From contig CAYXZV010000003.1 of NCBI GenBank assembly GCA_964469645.1, positions 8,538-72,537 on the forward strand: a stretch of DNA of 64,000 bases. Direction: 5' to 3'. A program made the position numbers and the translations under genes. The notes below the pieces were generated by a model, which was given only the letters and a program-made list of their open reading frames with translations, made no database searches and was not told the DNA's origin. Below, piece after piece: positions 38,951 to 49,275 of the stretch. This stretch comes from an uncultured Methanosarcinales archaeon. GTDB taxonomy: Archaea > Nanobdellota > Nanobdellia > Woesearchaeales > GW2011-AR4. Each line of letters begins with the position of its first letter. The stretch's first letter is position 1.

Positions 38951-39664
38951 ATGGAAAAAATACCAACTGGCAGCAGGATTCTGGACAAATTACTGGATGG
39001 CGGCTATGAGAGAGATGTGATTACAACCATTTATGGTCCTGCCGGTGCTGGAAAGACAAATTTGTGCCTCTTATGTGCTACAAATACTGCCAGAAATAGA
39101 AAAAAAGTTGTTTACATTGATACAGAAAATAATTTTTCTATTGAACGGTTCAAGCAGATATGTGAATCTATAAGCCAAAATTATGCAAAGCTTCTGAATA
39201 ACATTGTCTTCTTAAGGCCTGCAACCTTTGATGAGCAGAAAAAAACTTTTGAGAAGCTGAAAGATATTGTAAACAACAAAGTCGGTTTGATTGTATTTGA
39301 TTCTGTTGCAATGCTTTACCGCTTAGAGTTAGGGAAAAATGAGGATGTCTATGAAGTAAACAGGGCTTTAGGTGCTCAGCTTGCTTATCTGAAAGAGATA
39401 GCTTCCAAAAAACACATTCCGGTCTTAATCACGAACCAGGTTTATGCAGATTTCGAAGACAAAGACAAGATAAATATTGTAGGTGGAGACTTATTGAAAT
39501 ACGGCAGCAAATGCCTTTTAGAGCTACAAACAACCCCTTCCGGAAACCGTAGAGTAATAATAAAGAAGCACCGACATTTACCGGCAGAAAAAGAAATAAC
39601 CTTTAAAATAGTAGAAGGAGGCATTCTAGGGACGAAAGAAGGTCGTGGTTTCAAATTGTTCTGA
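38951..39664 (+). CDS. radB: DNA repair protein RadB
   Basis: LDKLLDGG, YGPAGAGKTN, YIDTE, DS, ITNQVY, KKHR motif; lacks the RadA N-terminal domain. Confidence 0.92.
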   Translation: MEKIPTGSRILDKLLDGGYERDVITTIYGPAGAGKTNLCLLCATNTARNRKKVVYIDTENNFSIERFKQICESISQNYAKLLNNIVFLRPATFDEQKKTFEKLKDIVNNKVGLIVFDSVAMLYRLELGKNEDVYEVNRALGAQLAYLKEIASKKHIPVLITNQVYADFEDKDKINIVGGDLLKYGSKCLLELQTTPSGNRRVIIKKHRHLPAEKEITFKIVEGGILGTKEGRGFKLF

Positions 39665-39736
39665 AAAACTCCATTTTCCATAACCTTTTTAAAGCGATAT
39701 AGCTAACTTCTTAGTCGTTAAGGGTGGTTAAATAAC

Positions 39737-41236
39737 ATGGGAAATAACTCACAGTTAGATAAAGAAGCAATCAAAAAACAGCATCAAAAAGGCAAATTAA
39801 CAGCCAGAGAACGTATAGAAGCACTGTTAGATAAGAATTCTTTTACAGAGATAAATGCAGATATGGAGCTTACAAGCACAAACTACGATTTACAAGATAA
39901 AAAACAGCCTGGAGATGGGGTAATTACCGGCTATGGTAAGATAAACGAAAAACCAGTCTGCATTTATGCCCAGGATTTCATGTTCATGGGCGGCTCTATG
40001 GGAGAAATCCATAACAAAAAGATAGCCTTAATACAGGAGCATGCACTAGAGATAGGAGTTCCGATCATTGGTTTATTCGACTCAGGAGGAGCAAGGATCC
40101 AGGAGGGCATTAGCTCTTTAGATATTGGTGGAAAGATATTCAAGAACAATACTCTAGCTTCAGGAGTAATACCTCAGATCTCAGTCATCCTGGGACCATG
40201 CGCAGGCATTGCAGTATACAGCCCAGCTTTAACAGATTTCATCTTCATGACAAAGAAGATAAGCTACATGTTCATAACTGGCCCTGATGTAATAAAGACC
40301 ATAACCGGAGAAAAGATTGATTTTGAAGGTCTGGGAGGTTCAACAGCACATAATGAAAAGAGTGGAGTAGCAACTTTCATAACAGAGAACGAAAAGGAAT
40401 GTTTTGAAACAATTAAACTTCTATTAAGCTACTTGCCACAAAACAATATGGAAAATCCTCCGGTAATAAATACAAGCGACAGCAAAGAAAGATCAAACAC
40501 AAAACTAAAGGACATAATACCAAAAGACAGAAAGAAATCTTATGATGCAAAGCAGGTAATAGAAGAAATAGTAGACAAAAGCACTTTCTTAGAGGTACAG
40601 CCTTTATACGCGCAAAATGCAGTAGTAGGATTAGCAAGATTAAACAACCAATCTGTAGGAATAGTCGCTAACCAAACAAAAGTATTGGCTGGCTGCTTAG
40701 ATATTAACAGCTCAGACAAAATAGCAAGGTTTGTACGTTTTTGCGACGCTTTCAATATCCCAATAATAAATTTAGTAGACGTTACAGGATACTTACCAGG
40801 TGTCAACCAGGAGCATAATGGAATAATAAGGCACGGTGCAAAGGTTCTTTACGCTTACTCTGAAGCAACAGTGCCAAAAATAAGTTTAGTGATGAGAAAA
40901 GCTTACGGTGGAGCATATATTGCCCTAGTAAGCAAAGATATGGGCTTTGACAAGGTTATAGCATGGCCGGATGCAGAAATAGCTGTGATGGGCCCTGAAC
41001 AAGCAGTAGATATTATCCACAGGAAAGAACTAAAAGCAAATAGCAAAATAAAAAACCAAAAAGTAAAGGAATACACAGAAAAATTCCTTAATCCGCATGA
41101 AGCTGCAAAGCACGGCAAAGTAGACATAATAACAGAAAAAAAGGACACGAGGAAAACATTAATCAATTGCTTGGAAATGCTAATTACAAAGAGGGAAAGA
41201 AGACCGGCAAAAAAGCACGGAAACATCCCTTTGTAA
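39737..41236 (+). CDS. Acyl-CoA carboxylase carboxyltransferase subunit (PccB/MmdA type)
   Basis: GKLTARERI, DGVITG, GGSMG, DSGGARIQEG, ARFVRFCDAFNIP, RKAYGGAY, KKHGNIPL. Confidence 0.93.
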   Translation: MGNNSQLDKEAIKKQHQKGKLTARERIEALLDKNSFTEINADMELTSTNYDLQDKKQPGDGVITGYGKINEKPVCIYAQDFMFMGGSMGEIHNKKIALIQEHALEIGVPIIGLFDSGGARIQEGISSLDIGGKIFKNNTLASGVIPQISVILGPCAGIAVYSPALTDFIFMTKKISYMFITGPDVIKTITGEKIDFEGLGGSTAHNEKSGVATFITENEKECFETIKLLLSYLPQNNMENPPVINTSDSKERSNTKLKDIIPKDRKKSYDAKQVIEEIVDKSTFLEVQPLYAQNAVVGLARLNNQSVGIVANQTKVLAGCLDINSSDKIARFVRFCDAFNIPIINLVDVTGYLPGVNQEHNGIIRHGAKVLYAYSEATVPKISLVMRKAYGGAYIALVSKDMGFDKVIAWPDAEIAVMGPEQAVDIIHRKELKANSKIKNQKVKEYTEKFLNPHEAAKHGKVDIITEKKDTRKTLINCLEMLITKRERRPAKKHGNIPL

Positions 41237-41237
41237 A

Positions 41238-41627
41238 ATGGAAGATATTACAATTAAGGTAGACGGCAAGGACTATGATGTCAAGGTTGAAGAAACAGAT
41301 GATGGAAAAATATTAGTCCATTGCAACGGAGATGTCTACGAAGTTGAGTCGACGCAAGACAAAGAAGCATCCATCTTCAACAGGGTAAAAAAAGAGAAAA
41401 TAGAAGACTCCGGAAAGTCAGTCATAACAGCGCCATTGCCAGGAACAATCTACGAAATCAAAGTAAAAAAAGGAGATAAGGTACAACAAGGCCAATCATT
41501 GATAAAATTAATAGCAATGAAGATGGAAAACGATATAACGGCGAAAAAGGCAGGGATAGTAAAAGAAATAAAAACAAAAAAAGATGAAAGTGTAAGTAAA
41601 GATGATATATTGATAATAATTGAATAA
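41238..41627 (+). CDS. Biotin carboxyl carrier protein
   Basis: APLPG, AMKM biotinylation motif. Confidence 0.92.
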   Translation: MEDITIKVDGKDYDVKVEETDDGKILVHCNGDVYEVESTQDKEASIFNRVKKEKIEDSGKSVITAPLPGTIYEIKVKKGDKVQQGQSLIKLIAMKMENDITAKKAGIVKEIKTKKDESVSKDDILIIIE

Positions 41628-41645
41628 GACCAAGGGGGAGATTAA

Positions 41646-42233
41646 ATGGCAAAGAAAAAAACAATTAAATCAAAAACTGTGAGGGGGGAAACAGTACCAG
41701 GTTCAAACCTGAAACCATTGATTTTTGCAGCATTGTTTGCAGCATTAACTGCAGCAGTAGCACCGTTCAAGATACCATTAGGCTTTACACCGGTGCCAAT
41801 TACATTGCAGACATTAGTGGTCTTAATGTCCGGAGCGATGCTAGGCCCCTATTATGGTGCCTTATCAATGATTCTTTATGTAGTTGTAGGCGCTCTGGGA
41901 TTGCCTGTATTTGCCGGAGGAGGCTCAGGAATAGGAGCAGTACTAGGACCGACAGGAGGGTATCTGATAAGCTATTTCGTAGCAGCGTATGCAATAGGCA
42001 AGATATTGCAATTAAGAAAGCAGCCAAAATTCCTGGATTATGTGTTTGCCATGGTTATAGGGACAATAATAATCTACGTCCTGGGAGCAGGATGGGGCAT
42101 GGTCGTCACAGGTCTTGGAGTAGCAGCAATATTAGCTGGATGGGTATTACCATTCGTAATTGGAGACACAATAAAGCTATTGGCAGCAGCATACATAGCT
42201 AAAAATGTCGACATAAAGAAATATATGCGATGA
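41646..42233 (+). CDS. bioY: Biotin transporter S-component
   Basis: PVPITLQT, GLPVFAGG, GPTGGYL, PFVIGD. Confidence 0.93.
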   Translation: MAKKKTIKSKTVRGETVPGSNLKPLIFAALFAALTAAVAPFKIPLGFTPVPITLQTLVVLMSGAMLGPYYGALSMILYVVVGALGLPVFAGGGSGIGAVLGPTGGYLISYFVAAYAIGKILQLRKQPKFLDYVFAMVIGTIIIYVLGAGWGMVVTGLGVAAILAGWVLPFVIGDTIKLLAAAYIAKNVDIKKYMR

Positions 42234-42955
42234 CTCAAAAACTTTTTTTATTTGATATTTTTTCTTATAGCTGCATGAATTGCTTAAGGTCATTAGAGTA
42301 CATTAAACAAATAAATGACAAATACAAGAGATATGGCCTAAAAACAATCCTGATACACCCTCCCGAATGGGAGTTTGAGAAAGACAGCAGCAATATCCTA
42401 AAAGCAGCAAAAAAATACAAAATAAAGATTCCAATACTGATTGACAATAACAAAAAACTGGTCAAGAAGCTAAAAATAAATTTCTGGCCAACTCAGGTAT
42501 TGATAAACAACAACAAAACAGCATACAAACACGTTGGAGAAGGAAATTATAAGATATTAGAAAACAAAATAAGAGGTGTACTGGGAGATAAATCAAAAAG
42601 ATTATTTGAGAAAGAACCAAAATATACCAAATTCCAAACATTGTACACAGGTAAGAAGAAGCAAAGAAAAGGTAGTATTATCAAAAAAGGTAATTGGAAG
42701 CAAAACAATGAATCTTTGCAGGGAAAAGGATCATTGACAATAAAAACAAAAGGAAAGATAGTAAGTTTCGTAGCGAGATCATTAATTAATAAAACAGCAG
42801 ATATTAAGATTAGAATAAATAACAAATCAATTAAAAATTTAAAGATTAATGAACCAAGATTATATAAAATAATTGAATTAAAAAGCAATGAAGAAAAAAC
42901 ATTGAACCTAGAAACCAAACAAAAAATAACAGTTTATTCATTTGCGTTCCAATGA
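42230..42955 (+). CDS. Thioredoxin-like (DipZ C-terminal-type) protein
   Basis: YSCMNC, IHPPEWEFEK, FWP, HVGEGNY, PRLY, YSFAF. Confidence 0.75.
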   Translation: MTQKLFLFDIFSYSCMNCLRSLEYIKQINDKYKRYGLKTILIHPPEWEFEKDSSNILKAAKKYKIKIPILIDNNKKLVKKLKINFWPTQVLINNNKTAYKHVGEGNYKILENKIRGVLGDKSKRLFEKEPKYTKFQTLYTGKKKQRKGSIIKKGNWKQNNESLQGKGSLTIKTKGKIVSFVARSLINKTADIKIRINNKSIKNLKINEPRLYKIIELKSNEEKTLNLETKQKITVYSFAFQ

Positions 42956-43650
42956 TCAAGATAAAAGACCTATATTTCAAGTATGAAGATGAATTAGTAC
43001 TTAATAATATAAATCTAAAACTAGAAGATTTAAGTTACACTGCAGTCATAGGGGCAAACGGTTCCGGAAAAACAACTTTAGCAAAACATCTTAATGCTCT
43101 GCTCCTGCCAACAAAAGGATCTGTAATTATAGACAACATAGATACAAAAAAAGACCAGTTCAATATAAGAAAAAACGTTGGTTTTGTGTTCCAGAATCCT
43201 GAAGATCAATTAGTTCATTCTATCGTCGAGGAAGACGTGGCATATGGGTTAGAAAATTTAGGCATGGAAACAAATTTAATGAAAAATAGGGTTAAAAATA
43301 TTCTAAAACTATTAAATATTGAATATTTGGCAAAAAAGAACGTAAACATGATTTCTGCAGGGCAAAAACAGCTTACAGCACTAGCTGGAGTCTTAGTGAT
43401 GGAACCAAAATATATTGTCTTTGACGAACCGACAACAACATTAGACAACAAAAACAAGAGAAACATCATGGATACAATAACTAAACTGAACAAAAAGAAC
43501 AAAATTGGGATTATTCTTGTTACAAATATCTTAGATGACATAAAATACGCTGAAAATGTTGTCGTTATGAGTAAAGGAAAGATAATTTTTAATGATAAAA
43601 GATCAAAACTGAATAAATTTATACTAAAAAAGGCTGGTTTGGATGTTTAA
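42952..43650 (+). CDS. ecfA: ECF transporter ATPase
   Basis: GANGSGKTT, VFQNPEDQ, VEEDVAYG, ISAGQKQ, VFDEPT. Confidence 0.88.
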   Translation: MIKIKDLYFKYEDELVLNNINLKLEDLSYTAVIGANGSGKTTLAKHLNALLLPTKGSVIIDNIDTKKDQFNIRKNVGFVFQNPEDQLVHSIVEEDVAYGLENLGMETNLMKNRVKNILKLLNIEYLAKKNVNMISAGQKQLTALAGVLVMEPKYIVFDEPTTTLDNKNKRNIMDTITKLNKKNKIGIILVTNILDDIKYAENVVVMSKGKIIFNDKRSKLNKFILKKAGLDV

Positions 43651-44368
43651 GAAGCTAACATTTGGGCAATATACTTACAAGAGCACAATAATGCATAGAT
43701 TAGACCCAAGAATAAAGATTATAGCAGTTGTTTTGTTGAGTGCACTTGCATTTTTGCTAGACTCATATTACAAGTTCGGTATTTTTTCTTTATTTATACT
43801 CTCATTAATACTTTTGTCAAAAATAAATTTCTCTGCTTTGATAAGAAATCTAAGGCCATTCTTCTTTATTTTTTTCTTTATACTGCTAATGTACATTTTC
43901 TTCTCAAGAAACGAAATAGACCAGGGAATAAGAACAATATGGAAATTCATATTATTCATTACAATAGCATCCATCCTGACGTTTACAACAACCATAAACA
44001 ACATGGTCACTGCAATTGAAAAACTCCTAAATCCGTTAAAAATAATAAACATTAATTCTAAAACTATTGCTTTACTAATAGCTTTAACAATAAGATTTAT
44101 ACCTTCATTATTCTTATATGCTGACAGGATAAGGGATGCGAGGCTGGCAAGGCTAGGAAACTTAAAGAAGCCAAAGCACATAAAACTCTTATTCCTGCCA
44201 TTGATGGATAAGGTATTCAAAACAGCTTCCAATCTAAGTGATGCAATGCTTGCAAGAAATTATTCAGAAAAAAGAGCAGCTTATTTTAATGTGATACATC
44301 TAAAGAATTATGATCATGTTTCTTTCGTTTTATTATTAATTTTCATAGTTTTTATTTGGATAGTATAA
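43643..44368 (+). CDS. ecfT: ECF transporter T component
   Basis: HRLDPRIK, IRFIP, ARL and MLAR motifs. Confidence 0.88.
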   Translation: MFKKLTFGQYTYKSTIMHRLDPRIKIIAVVLLSALAFLLDSYYKFGIFSLFILSLILLSKINFSALIRNLRPFFFIFFFILLMYIFFSRNEIDQGIRTIWKFILFITIASILTFTTTINNMVTAIEKLLNPLKIININSKTIALLIALTIRFIPSLFLYADRIRDARLARLGNLKKPKHIKLLFLPLMDKVFKTASNLSDAMLARNYSEKRAAYFNVIHLKNYDHVSFVLLLIFIVFIWIV

Positions 44369-44385
44369 GAAATAGTATACCTTAT

Positions 44386-44613
44386 CTATTGCCTGGCAGT
44401 CTTCTGGCCGAACAATATGCCCGTCAAGACATTCAAAGCCCATGCCTGCAGCACATTTATAGTGTAAATATCTCCAAAAACAAAGTTCCACAACAAAGCA
44501 ACTGGAAAAGCCAGAACCAAACCAACTATACCACTAATTAACACAACCAAGGCTATTGTATAAGCCATTTCCAGCATTCTTTTTAAGAATGGTACTTCGT
44601 CTAAAAATGTCAT
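44386..44613 (-). CDS. Small hydrophobic hypothetical protein
   Basis: ATG about 30 nt downstream of a TATA-like TTTAAAAA on the minus strand; two hydrophobic segments. Confidence 0.55.
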   Translation of the reverse strand: MTFLDEVPFLKRMLEMAYTIALVVLISGIVGLVLAFPVALLWNFVFGDIYTINVLQAWALNVLTGILFGQKTARQ

Positions 44614-44708
44614 TTATATCTGTTCTTAGTAATATTATCCTCTTTTTAAACATTTTGATTAACAACCATTTCAATAATTTTAAATATAAACTGTATTTAA
44701 GCTAAACC

Positions 44709-45353
44709 ATGAAGCGAAAACATAGCCGAAGGATAATAAAAAAACGTTTCCAGGTTGCTATTTTCGGCTCTGCAAGGATAAAAAGAGGAGACTCAAGATA
44801 TAAGCTCATTTATACACTGGCAAAGATGTTGGCACAGGAAGGGATAGATATAGTAACAGGTGGAGGTCCAGGGTTAATGGATGCTGCCTCCAGAGGGCAT
44901 CACGCAGGAAGAAAAAACAAGAAAACATATAGTGTAGGCCTTACAATACACCTACCAAAAGAACAAAAAGAGAGCTATCATTTGGATGTCAAAAAAGATT
45001 TCAACAAATTCTCAAAAAGGCTGGATAAGTTCATAAACTTATCGGATGCAGTAATTGTTGCGCCAGGGGGCGTAGGAACGACCTTGGAAATGATGTATGT
45101 CTGGCAGCTGGTGCAGGTAAAACACTCTTGCGAAATACCCATTATCTTGTTCGGAAAGATGTGGGAAGGTTTTGTAGATTGGATCAAGAAAGGACCATTG
45201 AAAAATAAATTCCTGGACAAAAAAGAGTTAGAACTCCTATACCACACAAGGAACTGTTCTGAAGCGATGAAAGTAATAAATCTAGCATATAAGGAATACA
45301 AAAAAGGTAGAAAGAACATATGCCTAAACATTAAAAAGTACAAGGTCAAATGA
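44709..45353 (+). CDS. LOG-family nucleotide phosphoribohydrolase
   Basis: IFGSAR, TGGGPGLM, PGGVGTTLE. Confidence 0.9.
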   Translation: MKRKHSRRIIKKRFQVAIFGSARIKRGDSRYKLIYTLAKMLAQEGIDIVTGGGPGLMDAASRGHHAGRKNKKTYSVGLTIHLPKEQKESYHLDVKKDFNKFSKRLDKFINLSDAVIVAPGGVGTTLEMMYVWQLVQVKHSCEIPIILFGKMWEGFVDWIKKGPLKNKFLDKKELELLYHTRNCSEAMKVINLAYKEYKKGRKNICLNIKKYKVK

Positions 45354-45748
45354 AAAACACAACAGAGGTACGTGTTTATTATGCAGACACCGATCATGGC
45401 AGCGTAGTTTATTATGCAAACTACCTAAAGTGGTTCGAGATAGGGAGAACAGAAGTTTTGAGGAAATTGGGTTTTAATTATTCATATTATGAAAAGAAGA
45501 ATATCATTGCTCCAGTGGTAGAGGTAAAGTGCAATTACAATGAACCTGCAAAATACAATGATCTCATTATAATAAAGACAGCGGTGGAAAAGATAGGCAA
45601 CAGCAGTATTAAGTTCAGTTACAAAATAATAAGGAAGGAGGATAAAAAACTATTGGCAGAAGGATATACTATAAATGTTTTTGTTGACATGAAAACAAAA
45701 AAATCAACTAGCATACCTGAAGAGTTAAGGAAAGCATTAAAAAAATAA
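45350..45748 (+). CDS. Acyl-CoA thioesterase (YbgC/4HBT hotdog fold)
   Basis: RVYYADTD..VVYYANYLKWFEIGRTE. Confidence 0.9.
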   Translation: MKNTTEVRVYYADTDHGSVVYYANYLKWFEIGRTEVLRKLGFNYSYYEKKNIIAPVVEVKCNYNEPAKYNDLIIIKTAVEKIGNSSIKFSYKIIRKEDKKLLAEGYTINVFVDMKTKKSTSIPEELRKALKK

Positions 45749-46546
45749 TTAGGATTTTTCTAATTTGTAAATCACAACTTTTGCATCTGAATATACTTTT
45801 TCAAAACCCACTATTGGTTGTAACTTCAAAATTTTATACATAATTGATTTATTATTTACATAATAAATGTTTTCAACAATATCATATTCCACTCCGCTAA
45901 TGTTATAGATGATTCTGGATTTACCATACTCACTATTAGTTACCAATAAATATTGAGAATTGTAATTTTGCATTAGATTTATTGCTTTGATAGGATCGGT
46001 TGTAGTTAAAATTAATCCAACATTAATAATATCTTCATGGTTACTCAATTCCCCTGCTTCTTCGGTATTGAATTTTTTACCTGCATGAACACTTGCAACC
46101 GTAGTCAAAATATCTTGTGACGGATTATATGCAATCACATCTCTTTTTCCAATGCCTCTTACCATATGTCCATAATCCCACCATGTTGTAATTATTGCGT
46201 CCTTAGATGAATTTTCTTTTATCCAATCCATAGAACTTCTGAATTCTGGCATATATGCTCCGGTGAAGGTATAGTCGTCCCACACATATCTTACTTGGTT
46301 CTTATACCCATCTTCAGAAATTACCTTCGTCGTACTATCGACAGTTTCATTACCGCACCATATCTCAGCATACATTCTTTCTAATTGTATTGAATTCGAT
46401 TTTGGATTTTCTATTGCAACATCTTCAGCCCATGATTTAATCCATCTTTGACAAGCCTGCACTTCTTCTTTAGAGATAACCTCTTTTTGACACCCTACAT
46501 TAAAGATTATTAAAAACAGAATTAAAATTAGATATAAATCTTTCAT
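45749..46546 (-). CDS. Stand-alone AglB/STT3 C-terminal (WWDYG) domain protein with signal/lipoprotein-like N-terminus
   Basis: WIKENSSKDAIITTWWDYGH; one N-terminal hydrophobic segment ending VGC; no 13-TM domain. Confidence 0.75.
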   Translation of the reverse strand: MKDLYLILILFLIIFNVGCQKEVISKEEVQACQRWIKSWAEDVAIENPKSNSIQLERMYAEIWCGNETVDSTTKVISEDGYKNQVRYVWDDYTFTGAYMPEFRSSMDWIKENSSKDAIITTWWDYGHMVRGIGKRDVIAYNPSQDILTTVASVHAGKKFNTEEAGELSNHEDIINVGLILTTTDPIKAINLMQNYNSQYLLVTNSEYGKSRIIYNISGVEYDIVENIYYVNNKSIMYKILKLQPIVGFEKVYSDAKVVIYKLEKS

Positions 46547-46590
46547 ACTAATTATTCAGTTTATCCAATATATAAACATTCCTATACAAA

Positions 46591-47319
46591 TTAAACCACA
46601 AATATGTCTCCTTCGACTATTTTCTTAAGTTTACCATTACTTAACTTTAGCATCAGATTACAATCACTATCTACATCAACAGCCTCCCCAACATAAGTTC
46701 CGGATAAAGTTTTAGCTCTTATTTTCCTCCCAAGAGTATGTGAATATTTCTTCCAGATTTTTATTATTTCAGTATATTTTTTATTAGTGTAATATTTATA
46801 CAATGAATTGAATTCTTTTATTATTGCTTTTGAAAGTTTTTTGATATCATAATTCTTATTGGTTTCTAATTTTAATGAAGTTGTTTTTTTGATGAGGTTT
46901 TTTCCAAATTTCTTTTGATTAACATTAACTCCAATTCCAATTAATGCATAATTATTATTTTTATTTGTAATTGTCTCTGTCAAAATGCCACAAACCTTTT
47001 TATCATCTATTAAAACGTCGTTTGGCCATTTTACCTGAGCATTTAATTTTGTGATTTTCTTTATTGTTTTGGCAACACTTACTGCAGCAATAAATGTAAG
47101 GTATCTCACATTATCCAAATCATCTTCTTTCAAAGCAATAGTCATGTACAATCCCCCCAATTCAGAACTCCATCCACGATTGAACTTCCCGCGGCCTTTT
47201 TTCTGCTTCTCTGCAACCACTACAATATTATATTTGCCCCCCTTAATTAGAATCTTAGCCTTGTCGTTAGTTGAAGAAAGGGTATTGAAATGATAGAATT
47301 CAAAAACATTATCATTCAT
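46591..47319 (-). CDS. birA: Biotin-protein ligase (no HTH)
   Basis: STND, QKKGRGKFNRGWSS, KWPND, KVCGIL, GIGVNVN. Confidence 0.93.
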   Translation of the reverse strand: MNDNVFEFYHFNTLSSTNDKAKILIKGGKYNIVVVAEKQKKGRGKFNRGWSSELGGLYMTIALKEDDLDNVRYLTFIAAVSVAKTIKKITKLNAQVKWPNDVLIDDKKVCGILTETITNKNNNYALIGIGVNVNQKKFGKNLIKKTTSLKLETNKNYDIKKLSKAIIKEFNSLYKYYTNKKYTEIIKIWKKYSHTLGRKIRAKTLSGTYVGEAVDVDSDCNLMLKLSNGKLKKIVEGDIFVV

Positions 47320-49216
47320 TTTGCATTAATTCTTGCCTACCTGCCATAACCCAAGGATTTGGTTTATTTCCATTATGATTGCTTTTTTTCTCCATATACT
47401 TAGCTACGGCAGTTGTGATGATGATTTTCTTTTGTCCGTTCGTCAGTCCTTTCTTATGCAAGCAGTATTTCTTAACAGAACTAAGGATGTCATTTTTTTC
47501 TATGAAAGCCGTCGTAAATCTGCCTCTGACAAAGTTTTTGTTATTCAGAACAGCAAGGTGGAAAGGTATTGTTGTTTCAACTCCCTTGATAATATATTCT
47601 TTAAGGGCTCCTTTCATCCTAGCTATTGCTTCATGCCTATTAGCACCGTAGCATATAAGTAATGACAGTAACGAATCGTAATCTGGTAGCACTTTGTAGC
47701 CCTGATGACATATACTGTTGACCCTGATGCCAGGTCCTCCAGGAGGAAGATAATTATTTATAGCTCCTATAGATGGAGAAAAGTTATTTATCGGGTCTTC
47801 TGCATTAATCCTACATTCTATCGCCCATCCTTCCAATTTGATATGATCTTGATTAAATGCAAGCTTCGCACCGGAAGCTAGCTTAATCTGCTCCTTGACC
47901 AGATCGACACCAGTCACCATTTCAGTGACACCATGCTCAACCTGTATCCTCGTATTCACCTCTATGAAATAGAAGTTTTTATTCTTATCCAGCAAGAATT
48001 CCACTGTACCAGCACCTTCATATTTTGCAGCTGATACTGCCTTTACAGCAGCGTCTCCCATTTTCTCCCTTAACTCATCATTCAAGGCGGGACTCGGACT
48101 TTCTTCCACAAGCTTCTGATGCTTTCTCTGTACACTGCAATCCCTTTCCCCGAGATGGACAACCTTGCCATACTGGTCAGCTAATATCTGGAACTCTATG
48201 TGTTTTGGATTCTCAAGGTATTTTTCCATATATAGTCTTTTGTCTCCAAAGGACAATAATGCTTCTGCCTGTGCACTTTCATACGCTTTCTCCAATTCTT
48301 CTACTTCCCTTATAATCCTCATCCCTTTTCCACCGCCACCTGCAGCAGCCTTAATTATGATCGGAAATCCTAATTTGCTTGCTAACTTAAGCGCATGCTT
48401 CTTGCTTTTTAATGACTTCATTATCCCACCTATAACAGGGACTTTTGCCTTAAGCACGGTTTTCTTTGCTCTTACTTTATCTCCGAGAAGTTCTATTGTC
48501 CTTGATGAGGGTCCTATAAACTTAATTTTGTTCCTCTCACATAGCTTGGCAAACTTAACATTCTCCGCTAAAAACCCGTAACCAGGGTGTATTGCATCCG
48601 ATTTCGTTTTTTTAGCGATACTTATAATTTTGTTAATATCAAGATAACTTATAGCTGGTCCGATGTAACATGCCTTGTCTGCAAACTTTACTGCTAGAGT
48701 GTCCTTATCTGGCTTAGAATATACTAGCACAGTCTCTATGCCCAACTCGCGGCATGCCCTTATGACTCTCAAGGCAATCTCTCCACGATTGGCAATAAGA
48801 ACTCTCTTAAACTTTTTTTCCTTGGATAGTACGGTATACTCTTTCTCAGAAAAGTTTGCAACGCTAAGCCCTTTAGCAAGCATGTCAATAAACGTCTGAG
48901 AAGACTTGCTGCCAACTATTCTCTTCAGTTCAGATCGATTTATATTAGGAATCTTACCGATAACGCTGGAAGTTATAGTATCCCCGAGTTCAGCCAAATT
49001 TGTTTTTTTAAAAATCTTTTTTCTCTTGTCTACTTCCACTATATTGCTTTTTACTAGGTCTTCAACCTCATTGTAGACTAAAGGGGCTGTCTTTTTTGCG
49101 TGTTTAAACGCCTTTTTAAAGATATTATAAGAATATTCAGCAGGTGTCAAACTTTTGTTTAGGGCTGAAACTAACTTCTTCTTGATTCCAAATATGCCTT
49201 TCTTCCTTCTTGTCAT
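47312..49216 (-). CDS. accC: Biotin carboxylase with N- and C-terminal extensions
   Basis: VLIANRGEIA, HPGYGFLAEN, GGGGKGMR, ERDCSVQR, EVNTRIQVEH, RINAED, YDS. Confidence 0.93.
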   Translation of the reverse strand: MTRRKKGIFGIKKKLVSALNKSLTPAEYSYNIFKKAFKHAKKTAPLVYNEVEDLVKSNIVEVDKRKKIFKKTNLAELGDTITSSVIGKIPNINRSELKRIVGSKSSQTFIDMLAKGLSVANFSEKEYTVLSKEKKFKRVLIANRGEIALRVIRACRELGIETVLVYSKPDKDTLAVKFADKACYIGPAISYLDINKIISIAKKTKSDAIHPGYGFLAENVKFAKLCERNKIKFIGPSSRTIELLGDKVRAKKTVLKAKVPVIGGIMKSLKSKKHALKLASKLGFPIIIKAAAGGGGKGMRIIREVEELEKAYESAQAEALLSFGDKRLYMEKYLENPKHIEFQILADQYGKVVHLGERDCSVQRKHQKLVEESPSPALNDELREKMGDAAVKAVSAAKYEGAGTVEFLLDKNKNFYFIEVNTRIQVEHGVTEMVTGVDLVKEQIKLASGAKLAFNQDHIKLEGWAIECRINAEDPINNFSPSIGAINNYLPPGGPGIRVNSICHQGYKVLPDYDSLLSLLICYGANRHEAIARMKGALKEYIIKGVETTIPFHLAVLNNKNFVRGRFTTAFIEKNDILSSVKKYCLHKKGLTNGQKKIIITTAVAKYMEKKSNHNGNKPNPWVMAGRQELMQNE

Positions 49217-49275
49217 AATCTAATGTATTGCTTTTCGTTTTATAAATATTTGCATGTATCAGAAGAAGAAAGATA

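Noticed and set aside
39737..41627. Na+-pumping methylmalonyl-CoA decarboxylase
   Set aside because: No membrane beta subunit in the window, while a biotin carboxylase is present nearby
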